Of a stretch of DNA of 64,000 bases, positions 12,931 through 23,503 are shown piece by piece. Source of the stretch: Tubiluchus corallicola (taxonomy: Eukaryota; Animalia; Priapulida); assembly GCA_030141605.1 (NCBI GenBank), contig JAQGDQ010000482.1, positions 105,939-169,938 of the forward strand, given 5' to 3'. A program made the position numbers and the translations under genes. The stretch's first letter is position 1, and the number at the start of each line of letters is the position of its first letter. The notes below the pieces were generated by a model. It made no database searches. It worked only from the letters and a program-made list of their open reading frames with translations, and was not told the origin of the DNA.

Positions 12931-14019
12931 GCCTGTACACAGTATAAATGAAACAAATGTTGTAAATTTGACCATCATAACAGCCAAAACCAAAAATCAG
13001 CTACGTATGATCTTTCGTTAAAACTACCTTCAACTGTGATTTGTGAACTTTGATCTAATCAGGTAGGGCTACCTAGGCTTGTACTCTGTTGTTAAACAAC
13101 TTTAGTTAGCATAGAACACGAGCTACCTGCTTTACATTTAAATACTGTACATATCTAGACATTGAAATCGGTGATGTAGCAATATTTTAACAAGTTTTAT
13201 GCAAAAAATCATTAAATTTTTAATTATAATTACCCTGGATTCGAAAATAGTTTAAGCTTGTTTAATACGTACTATACAGTTAAAACAAAGCTAAAAAATT
13301 GTTATAGTTTGTACTGTAGGAAACTCAGAGTAACCGATAAACTTTAGTGTGTATTGATTGCTGCCTGTTAAGACTAGGCTTTACTAAAGTACAAAACACG
13401 TGCATTGGCATTTTTATCCATTTCACAGGATACATGTACACTATACATGTGCCATTCTTTGGCAGACTATAAACTTATTAAGTTAAAAACAATGCTTGGT
13501 GCAGTTTATCGGATAATTGCATGGCCAGATCTGCTGCTAAATTTTGCCTTGATAAGACATAATTGAGCAGAATTCCTGAAATTTATACAAAATAAATGGA
13601 GAACCTCTATGGACATGTGTTGAACCAACAGACGTGATACAACTATGCATCCATTGGATTCTCTACGCCTTTTTAAGCGTCATTTATCTTAGCCTTTCAG
13701 AACACCCAAAGGTCGTTCACACATTATATGTTAATCTCAATTCACTGTATCACTGTTGCGAAAACGAAGATCTTTAAATCTTTTAATACTGTTTATAATG
13801 TACGCGTGTGAAATGACCTTTAGCAGCCTTTCAAAGCCAAAATCTAATTAAAATTAGGTCTGATTATTAAGCATAATTATCTAATATTAAGGTGTACGAT
13901 CACTACGAACTGATTAAAAATAATTAAACCTAGCTGGCACTGGCAGTCAATATGCTTAACCCTGATATTCAAGAAAATGCATAAAATTTATTTATCATTA
14001 TTGGCTACAGATGGTGTCA

Positions 14020-14958
14020 TCAAGGTCTTCGTAATTCTGCTTTCACTGCTCGATCAAACCTGTTCTTCAAATCCTCTTGAGGAATATTCGTAGGAACCTT
14101 CAAGCCTTTTGTCGACGTCACATCTAGTGACGTCATCACCTGGGCATTGTTCGAGTTCAATCTCTTCGCGCCACTGACGTCATCAACACTTGGAGCGACG
14201 CAATACGACGCGTAGAAGAAATGGGCGAAGAGTACAGCGTAACTGGAGTACATCAGGAAACCGTACTTTAAACTTTCGTAACTTCCAGCACAATTTTCAC
14301 CCAACGATTTCAGTTCCCAGGCCGAATAACTCACCCAAATTCCTATGAACATTTGCAATAGCTGTGCTGACGTCACGGTCACGCTGACCCATCGAGGCAC
14401 GCGGTATTTCATTGATCGAAACGCGTAGTACGAGTACATCATGGCGTGGACTGTGAAGTTGAGAGCCACAAACCACAAGCCACAGCCGGTGCTCTCTGAA
14501 TAACTATACCAACAATAGATCAGTACAGTAACGTGATGATACCAGTGAAGAAAAATCAATTTCTGCTTTCGCAATACGATGAAAATCGTGTCGATTAGTT
14601 CCGGAAATTTAGACAGTTGAAAAAGAAATGTCCAGTAGCCGGTAACGCCCTTGGCGAACCAGTCATCACACACACTGTGCCTCCAACCATGCGTCTCCAG
14701 TGCCCAGATTAGGGCCGGCAGGGTCCTGGCTGCCCCAAAGATGCTGAAAACCGCCAGGAACATATTCCACACCGTCAGAGCAGTACGTAGTTCATATTTG
14801 CTCCTTGTTTGCATGAATGCCCTCAGTAGAAATATAATGAGAATGTAAACAGAACTATAGTAGAATGTCAGTTTCCAGTTGTCCTTCATCCACTGGTTAG
14901 CACTGTTGTGGTCGAAATCTTTCTCGAATTCAAACACGACGGAATAATTCATCGTCAT
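14020..14958 (-). CDS. ELOVL6: Very-long-chain fatty acid elongase, ELOVL3/6 (baldspot-like), intronless CDS
   Basis: ELO motifs KFPELIDTIFIVLRKQKLIFLHWYHH, NFTVHAMMYSYY and TSAQLLQM, multiple TM segments. First ATG is at 14958; the ORF-track start at 15006 is a GTG. Confidence 0.95.
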   Translation of the reverse strand: MTMNYSVVFEFEKDFDHNSANQWMKDNWKLTFYYSSVYILIIFLLRAFMQTRSKYELRTALTVWNMFLAVFSIFGAARTLPALIWALETHGWRHSVCDDWFAKGVTGYWTFLFQLSKFPELIDTIFIVLRKQKLIFLHWYHHVTVLIYCWYSYSESTGCGLWFVALNFTVHAMMYSYYAFRSMKYRVPRWVSVTVTSAQLLQMFIGIWVSYSAWELKSLGENCAGSYESLKYGFLMYSSYAVLFAHFFYASYCVAPSVDDVSGAKRLNSNNAQVMTSLDVTSTKGLKVPTNIPQEDLKNRFDRAVKAELRRP

Positions 14959-15036
14959 CTTGACACGAAAAAATACTGTACTGTGAATCTCCAACCTGGG
15001 ATTCACGCTAACAGCAGACGACCGAATTTTCTAGTC

Positions 15037-15081
15037 TCTGATTGGCTGTTCGGCGCTCAGATGTTAGCGAATGACGTCACA
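15037..15081 (-). promoter_or_regulatory. Candidate proximal promoter: CCAAT (NF-Y) box and CRE
   Basis: ctgattggctg (CAGCCAATCAG on minus) about 85 bp upstream of the ATG; TGACGTCA at 15072-15079; a second GTGACGTCAC near 15446. Confidence 0.45.
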
Positions 15082-15581
15082 ATTGCGCAAAGGCGCGGCT
15101 GGGATGCGTAATGAGAATTTGTCGACTGGAGTAAAACGTCATTACAAAAAATTGTTGGAAATAATTTTAATTATTGATCCTATTATTTTAACCTTTACTT
15201 TAAAAATATTTGTGTTAACAAAATTGTTCCATAGATTTCTAACGGCAAATCTACCAAAATACTTGTAGCATTCGCTGGTTTGTGGTGTGTTTGTTTATCT
15301 GGTTACCAGCGCGCTTACAATAATGCGTAACAAGAAATTCTCGTTTCTAAAAGGTTGTTTAAATACGGAGTCCACAAGACAAAATTTAAATTTTGAATTT
15401 TTTTGAACGAATACAAATCTTTTGCGTTTCATCGCATCCAGTATTGTGACGTCACAGTGGGAGTATAAAGAAGAATAGTTGCCGTGCATACATTCAGAAA
15501 CTGTGGACTATTTTTTCAAGTTGTAAAAACTTTCATGCTGTTTAATATCTATGTCTGGAAAACAGTTTTTCCGAGTGAATA

Positions 15582-16007
15582 AAGCTGAAATCGATGCGTT
15601 TCGAAGGCGAAATTACAGAAACATTTTGGGTATTGGATGGCCAAAGAAAATTTCAAACAAAGATCTATATGAAAAAATAAAAGAAGAACCTTGGACAAGA
15701 AAAATAAAAAGACGCCGTTTAAGATGGATTGGGCATATGCTTAGACTACCTGATGATATTCCAGTGAAGATAGCTCTTCAACAAGCCATAGAACCAGCTA
15801 AAAACTTTCAAGAGGACAGATGTTAACATATTTAGATTTTACACAGAAAGATTTAAACACTTCAGCATTGATCCTTAGAAATAAATGTACTTGGGGCATT
15901 GCGACGAGCAGGGAGTCCTGGCATAGGGAGGTGAGCAGAATCATGTCACTGGACGTGTGATTCATTGGATGATGATGATGGATGATGATGATGACGATGA
16001 TGATGAT
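15582..16007 (+). mobile_element. 5'-truncated RTE-clade LINE
   Basis: IDAFRRRNYRNILGI..W...RRRLRWIGHMLRL C-terminal motif, (GAT)n tail, TSD GAGTGAATA (15573-81 / 16008-16). Confidence 0.88.
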
Positions 16008-16502
16008 GAGTGAATATTCAAATTGTTAAAATCACCCACATTGTCCTGTAAATTTGATAAACGAAGCATTCCAAACTATTTATAGATCAGATTTAGATTT
16101 ACTTATTTTAACAGGCTCGTTACATCGGCAATATAAATTAAAAATGCTCGTTAGTAACTAATTAATTATCTACTGACATAAAACTAGTTTAACACGGGAG
16201 TGAAATAACAAATTTGATTAACATTGTAAAAAAGTTTCGCTAGAAATGGCTGCAATAATATTATTAAATACAGACATAATTGCGTAGATGAACTTGTATT
16301 TTTGACGGCTGCTGGAAGGCCTCTATTACTGCAATCAGAGGGAATAAACAAAAAAGTCATTTTAAGTTTCTCTTAGTGGCAAAGATATAGATGTAAATAA
16401 ATGCAAAACGCCCTTGAAAATACATGTTGGCAAATTGCCAACTGCCTTTGAACGCCACACGTTCGAAGTATTGTTTTATACGTAACCTAGCAATAACGCA
16501 AC

Positions 16503-16750
16503 CGTTTGAGATGGATTGGGCACATGCTTAGACTACCTTCCATTAAAGATAGCTCTTCAACAAGCCATAGATCCAGCCAGAAAACCTGCAGGGGGATAAA
16601 TGTTAAGATATTTAAATTTTGCACAGAAAGATTAAAACATTTCAGCACTCATCGTTAGAGATAAATGCACTTGGGACACTGCAGCGAGTAGGGAGTTCTG
16701 GCATAAAGAGGTGAGCAGAATCATGTCCCGGGTCATGGTTCATTGTATGA
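16503..16750 (+). mobile_element. Diverged RTE 3' fragment, same family
   Basis: Aligns with ~15715-15970. Confidence 0.75.
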
Positions 16751-17099
16751 AGCCAGCATTCTACGCAAGTGTTTCATCTAATCTGTGTTGCCGTGTAGTG
16801 TCGTGTTACGGGCGTCTCTGTCTTTTCTTGGTGAAAAATCTATTATTTTCGTAATAAAGTGTTATATCTTAAGTTAGACAACCGTCGGGTTGATGAGTGG
16901 TGCCCACGGTTTATCCAAAGGGATTTTGATACTGGAAAGTCGGTCGGACGTGAGATAAATACCGGATGTCGTTACAGTACTTCCTTCCTTTTGTGGCCTC
17001 GCATTGGGAAATCCCGAAACGATACGAAAATTAGACTTTTGTTAAACATTGCTGTAGACTTTAAAAATTGAGGAATAGTATTGTGCACCCATAATACTA

Positions 17100-17692
17100 C
17101 TCAATTTTCAAGTCCCATAAAAAGTATACATCTTAAAACCAACGTTATTGCAAAGGCGTTTTACTGATAATTAAATAATAAGTTAAAACTTAATTAACGG
17201 CAGGCGAGCCCAGCTGTTGATGACATCACAAACTAACTTAATTTTCAACTTCAAAAATATTCCACGAGTGTTTTGCACGTGTTTGCGAAAGCGCAAATTG
17301 AAGTACAGTACTACTGTAAGATATTTAGTGTGTTGTACTAAAACTAGACAAGTTTTAAGGTAAAAATTCAAATTTCAAATTTACCCCTGTGCTTACGCAT
17401 GAACTGTCGTATGTGTGTTGTTCGTCACAAACTAACACATCTGAACTGAGTGGTGCAGCACCTGGTTTTTGTGCAATGCGTTTCCGAAAAGCAGGCGCTA
17501 ATGCCCATCTAACTAGCGAATGGTGAAATGTATGTAACAGCGAAGAACTAGTGACGCAAATGTGAAATTTGTTTTTGTGTGGTAATAATTTTTTCACGAT
17601 AGTCATTTTTGAAAAAAATAATATGTTTCCTTTCAATGTTTTAAAGAGTAGATTGTTTTGATCTACAGTTTACAATTGGGTCCGGTTTTGCT
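17100..17692 (+). mobile_element. ~600-bp interspersed non-autonomous element (Kolobok-like), copy 1
   Basis: Similar to 57374-58003 (direct) and 62446-63056 (inverted); ends gggtccggttttgct|TTAA. Confidence 0.7.
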
Positions 17693-19374
17693 TTAAAACC
17701 CAAATTTTGGGAAACCACGGCTTCTTTCACCAGGTTACATAAAATTAATCACATAGATTCTAGAATGTAATTTTTCATCTTTTGTAATTTTTTTGCTCAT
17801 CTTCACCAACACAAATAAATCCTAAATATAAATAATTATAGCAATAAGTTTGTATTACAGCAACGTGCTGTACCAACGTAACAAAGTGTCACGCAAATAA
17901 AAAAAACAGGAATGCAGACAAGTAAACAAATGAAAAAGCAAAAAAATAAGCAAGTAAACAAGTAATTAACCTTTTAACCATTCATCGTAAGACATGTGAA
18001 CAAGACTTTATAATAATTAAATAAACACGCTGATAATACGCAACCTATTTTTTATAATAATAATATTTGTAATTAGGCTTTTTTTACAATTGATAACAAT
18101 AATTAGATTTTTGAAGCAATATTATCACAGTAAGTTTCGAAGTTTCGCATAAGCTAACTATATAGACTGATAATATAAATTGACGCTGCTGCCCCCAAAC
18201 TTTGTGCTACAAACGCGGCAGTACACTAGCAACATTAACCTGGAAAAACATTATGCTTTCAAATACTGCATAAGTTTCCCAGCATGGAAAATTGTCTGTA
18301 AGCATGGGGCGCATCAAGGTTTTAGTGGTTACTATTAATTAAATGTGTTTCTCTTTTACCTAGGGAGTTCGCGTAACTGTTTATGGTGTAGTACATACCA
18401 TTTGTGTAATAATTGCTCCTGTTTGTTATATGGTCTTATAATATGACTGTTTGCAGCGTGTCATTAAATACGCACTTTATAGGCCCATGAAAGGATATGC
18501 GTTTTCCCACGAAGATTGTTTAGAGTCTGCTTACTTTTAAATACAACATAGATTAATTACTAATTATTCATACTTCTGTTTCTCTCTTGAAACAGTAATT
18601 GCTATTAAAATTTTGTGTTCTCATTAATAGACCGTTTGACAGTGTAATTACACATTTAATTTAAGCATAATATTAAGGATTTTTGTTTGTTCGATAACCA
18701 AAATAGTTTGTTCTTATAATATAACTAATAATAGTTAAATATGCGTTTTGATTAGATTAAGTTAACTTACCTGTTTTTACTTGTAAGGTGGTGACATCTG
18801 GCTTCAATATTAGCGACCAGGTTTTAAATACCTATCATTGAAGTTTCAATGTGTTCAAAGCAGTGATGGCGTGATGACGTGTTTTCTGTGTAATTCACGA
18901 TTTGATGCCAAACATGTATATATATTTTGCTTAATTTTATTTGGTTATATACTGAAAGTCTCGGACTAATTTCACATAATGGTAATTGACATTTTGATAA
19001 GAAATCAATTAGTTTATTAAAAGAATTTGCTTTTCATTCCAGATGAAATGTATAATTTTGGGAAATGGCGTCTTAATGCGTGTCAAATATGAAGTAAAAT
19101 GACGAAGGGGCATGTGCTGTGATGATGGTGCACAAACAATAGAATATTATACTAAGCAATACTTGATGACTTTGTTTGTTTGTCACTATAAAACCCAAAC
19201 ACATAATTTATGCGATTACACAATGTATATTTAGACAGAGTAAACCCGCAGACTAAAACTATCTAGTTTGCTTAAATACAAAACAGTTTATTTACAAATT
19301 TATAACACATTTGACATGTATGAAAACGAGTGTATTAAAAACAATATGAACCGATTTTATCCATTCCACACACC

Positions 19375-19522
19375 CCAAACGCATCCACACCGCATGCTAC
19401 GTAAACGCATCCACAACCGCAAGTAGGTTAGATGTTACACCTCTGGCCGATTTCCCGGCTACCGCATGCTACGTAAACGCATCCTTCGTAAACGCATCTA
19501 CAACCGCATGTTACGTAAGCAC
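19375..19522. repeat. Short imperfect repeats (ccgcatgctacgtaaacgcatc)
   Basis: Motif recurs 3-4 times. Confidence 0.7.
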
Positions 19523-19622
19523 CACTTTTATTTGGGTTAAATTTATAGCATTTACTGCTTTATAGATACGAATATTTTTGTTTGAACTAGTGTGATGGTT
19601 GGTTTCTGATGATAAACACGAT

Positions 19623-21566
19623 CAGTGATTTTCAACCTTTTTTGAGCCACGGCACATTTTTTACATTTCCAAAATCCTCGGGCTCACCACCAACCAAAAT
19701 GACACAAAATGACACTCTAACACAGTACACATTATACATATAGTTAATATTATAGCTTCTAAATGTATTTGTACTCACGTAGTGTGAAACCTGGGCCTGT
19801 TTCGATGAACACAAAAGGGATATCCTGGCAGGAATGGTAGAAAGACACACACGAAGCTCTTCCTCAACAGCTCTCAGTCTCTCTCTGTTTTTAGTTTTTA
19901 TCGCAGTCAAGCTTGAGAAGCTCAGCTCACATAGATATGTGGTTGAAAACGGGAGCAATGTCAAAATAGCTTTGTTGGCCAGAATGGGGAACTCCTTGGC
20001 AACAGATAACCAAAAACGGTCCAAAGGAAGATCAGCAAAGTTGAGCTTTAAACCACGATCTTGTTTCAGTTCAATGAGTTCCTCTTGCTCCTTTAAAGTC
20101 ATGTCCTTTCCAGCAACGGATACTGAGCTGTATGGGTCCCTAACCCAGTCAAGGCATTCTGTGAAGGCTGAAGAGAAATAAAATGACAACTTCTCCTCAA
20201 GAGTTTTCAAATGTGTGGCAATCACCTCGCACATTGCAGCAGTGTTGCCATCATGCAGTTTCTCGGTGAGCGGGAACATCTCAAGGTTGCCACGCTGCAC
20301 ATGTTGTTGCCAGAGCTGCACCTTTAAACGGAATTCGTTCATTTTATCAATGCTTGTAAGCAGGTTTTCATTTCGGCCTTGCATCCGTGTGTTCAGTTCA
20401 TTCAGATGATGAAATATATCAGCCAGGTATGCCAGCTTTGCGCACCATTTATCACTTGCAAGCAGCTTTGAGTAATTGGACTTCTCGTTTGTCAGAAACA
20501 CTTTAAGTTCCTCTCGCAACTTATACTGATTTAGCTACGAGTTCAGCAACAAGGTAGCTAGCTTTGAAGGCTCTCTCATTTACCTTTGTGGTTTTTCTCA
20601 AAAAAGTTGCCTGTTTCTCATTATTTTTACGTAAGCGTACAAAATACTCCATCGGCTTGTTTTGAACGGAAGGGTGTTTCGTTTGGAGATGGCGTTTAAG
20701 CTTGCTTGGCACCATGACGCTATTGGATAGCGTCTCACCATGGCGCTATTGGACAGCTTCTCACCATGGCGCTATTGGATAGCTTCTCACCATGGCGCTA
20801 TTGGATAGCTTCTCACCATGGCGCTATTGGATAGCTTCTCACCATGGCGCTATTGGAGCTTCTCACCACACACCAAGCACAGCGGAGTCGGTGCTGTAGC
20901 ATCCCCGGTCCAAAAGTAAATCCAAATGAAAGATAGCTTTCGCTGTATTGCCTCGAGCTCACCGTCTTGTCTTTTTTCTTTTGTCGACCACTCATACTAG
21001 GGCCTTCATCTGGGTCAGAATTTTGTCCAGGGCCCTGTTCGGCATTTGCATTTTCCCTTCTCAAAAACTTCTCCATCACTGTCACTTGCTCGTCTTGCTG
21101 AGATCCCAAACTGTCACTGTCACTGTCACGTGTCACGCAGCACTAACTCTATTTATTATTATTATTAACTCTATTATTGCACTGTATTAGATTCTAGACA
21201 AGCCATGTCTCACTCGTTTCCTGCAGACTCGTGCGCGCCGAACAATCCCCGGTCACGTGACCATTCTGATTGCGTCAGCACAATCAGAATCCTATCAAAG
21301 TTAACTTGTCCTATATACGTCAATCTAAGGTGCAAAGCCGTATTTTGGTATGTCAATTGCCATAGTTTTGATGTATGCAGCAGAGTCAGACTTTTTCTGT
21401 GCAGAACAAGTTGCTGATAAGACGTATCATAACTACATTTTCTAATATCTAGAGCACAGACACCCGACAATGGTTAATTAAGTGATATTAGATAATTTCC
21501 CAAGGCACACCTGATGATCTCTCACGGCACATCAGTGTGCCGCGGCACACTGGTTGAAAAACACAT
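19623..21566 (-). mobile_element. Defective Charlie/Buster (ZBED5/SCAND3-like) hAT transposon
   Basis: TIR cagtgattttcaacc; RQYSESYLSFGFT, BED finger remnant ([12 protein letters not shown]), [20 protein letters not shown] and hATC motifs. The central catalytic region is deleted at ~20520 and the BED finger is broken by a repeat. Confidence 0.93.
20709..20866. repeat. 26-bp minisatellite x6 inside the transposase BED finger
   Basis: Repeated ccatggcgctattggatagcttctca. Confidence 0.92.
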
Positions 21567-22169
21567 TCTAGGTTTTGTCAATGTAGTGAGTCATGCGTGG
21601 GAGTCATTGTTTACGTTGCGAGTTTGTTGGGCAACTACGCATTGTTGAAAAACAATTACATGTGGTTTGGTTCTGGAAAAGTCAACGGGCTGCGCATTAG
21701 CTTGAAGAAGTCAGAGCTCTTCCGTGTCTTGCCATGCTTAATGTAACACGAGCTTGCTTTATAAGACGCAATGATCCTACTTTTACACGGCAACAGTCTA
21801 TTTATGTGGCAGATATTGGATGCTTTTATTAATCGTGTTCTTAGTTTGCATTGTGGATTGTGGTTCGAGAATTATAGAAGGCAACCACAGGTAAGATGTA
21901 TCTCATTTTCAAATTTTATATTACTATTCTTTTTTTATTCTTAGCCTAATTTTAGCATGATTATGTGAGTTACAGCACATTATCTGAAGTTTTTTTAATT
22001 TGGTACCTATCAAGCGTGAACGGTGACTACCTTTTTTAATTTTTTGCCTGCACGAAGATCATAGGAACACTGCAGCATGTAAAAATGAATTGTCTCTAAC
22101 TTGAACTTAACTCGCTCAAGTAAGGCGATGTACCTTATTGAATGCGGGCACAAGATAGAGACACGAGCG

Positions 22170-22675
22170 AATCTCGGTAGTCTGCTGGCAACAGAAGACG
22201 ACATATCAAGACGGAAGATAATGGCATTATCAGCTTACTCAAAACTCACAAAAGTTTTTGAGAATAGGAAGATTTCTTTGGAAACAAAAATTAGAATATC
22301 TTAGTTGAAACTGTATTTCTGTATAACTCTGAGCTCTGGACATTAAAAGCAGATCATAAAGCTGAAATCGATGCTTTTCGAAGGCGAAATTACAGAAACA
22401 TTTTGGGTATTAGATGGCCAAAGACGCCGTTTAAGATGGATTGGGCATATGTTTAGACTACCTGATGATATTCCAGTGAAGGTAGCTCTTTAACAAGCCA
22501 TAGAACCAGCTAAAAAACCTGCAGGAGGACAAATGTTAACATATTTAGATTTTGCACAGAAAGATTTAAACACTTCAGCATTGATCCTTAGAAATAAATG
22601 TACTTGGGGCATTACGACAAGCAGGGAGTCCTGGCATAGGGAGGGGAGAATCATGTCACTGGACGTGTGATTCAT

Positions 22676-22707
<32 letters not shown>
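22170..22707 (+). mobile_element. 5'-truncated RTE-clade LINE with an internal deletion
   Basis: Near-identical to 15582-16007; upstream LGSLL..DDISRR..YNSELWTL motifs; (GAT)n tail; TSD ACGAGCG (22163-69 / 22708-14). Confidence 0.88.
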
Positions 22708-23161
22708 ACGAGCGTGTACCTGTAGTGTTGATGAGTTATTTTTTTCTAAATTGAGACGATTATAAGTGTAAGAGTTATTCATATAACTTTGTAACCTTAT
22801 TTTGCAGTCTTTACTGCTTTTGCAATGTATGTTCATCATTATACTACGTGCGACGTTCGCGCTTGCTCTGCATGACGACGTAGTAGGCGTAATTACCACC
22901 TGGCGTCTCGCTTGAAGTTGCAAGATGTTAAGGTGGTAAGGTGGCAGGTCGTGTACTCAGTTTTTTTGCTGAACTTTGCACAAGTAGCAATTAGCATCAC
23001 CTGGTTTGTATTTTAGTGTAGCGCCTGGAAGATTGCGACCCATAGACCACTTTTGAAAAGATTGTGTACTAGAGATAACCTGGAGCCATAGACCTTAGAC
23101 GATTTGGAGTATGCAGCTGAAGGTAAAGTATATTCTATTATATTTTTTCTTTCAACATGCT

Positions 23162-23503
23162 TGTTGTGGAGATCCACTAGAATTAAATAGAATATTGCAG
23201 AATGTTCTATAGTATAGTTACAGTAGAACAATCTTCTTACCTTGTAGAAGTTTCGAGAACTTTCTATTTCTAGATTGTTCCTTGGTAGTGATATATAAGG
23301 CGGAGCTGGCCGCTGAAGTTTATTCTCTCACATTCTCGTATTCTCATATTCTCAGATACGCTTTTACGTTTCCAGATTATCACATTTACATTTACGCGTT
23401 CCTTCATACTTTTGTGTTGTAGAATTCTCGTATAATATACTAGTTTAATTTGACTGTTTTCTGGTTTTCTCTACGAGCCTTCCGATAGAAACAAAACTCA
23501 ACA
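23162..23503 (+). mobile_element. Solo LTR
   Basis: TGTTG...CAACA termini, exact 5-bp TSD ATGCT, internal TATATAA at ~23292. Confidence 0.82.

Noticed and set aside
14959-15006. N-terminal extension MNPRLEIHSTVFFRVK of the elongase
   Set aside because: It depends on a GTG start; in a eukaryote the first ATG (14958) is the likely start.
19632-20519. Domesticated ZBED5/SCAND3-like host gene
   Set aside because: It retains TIRs and a cognate MITE, has no ATG start for this fragment, lacks the catalytic core, and its BED finger is frameshifted.
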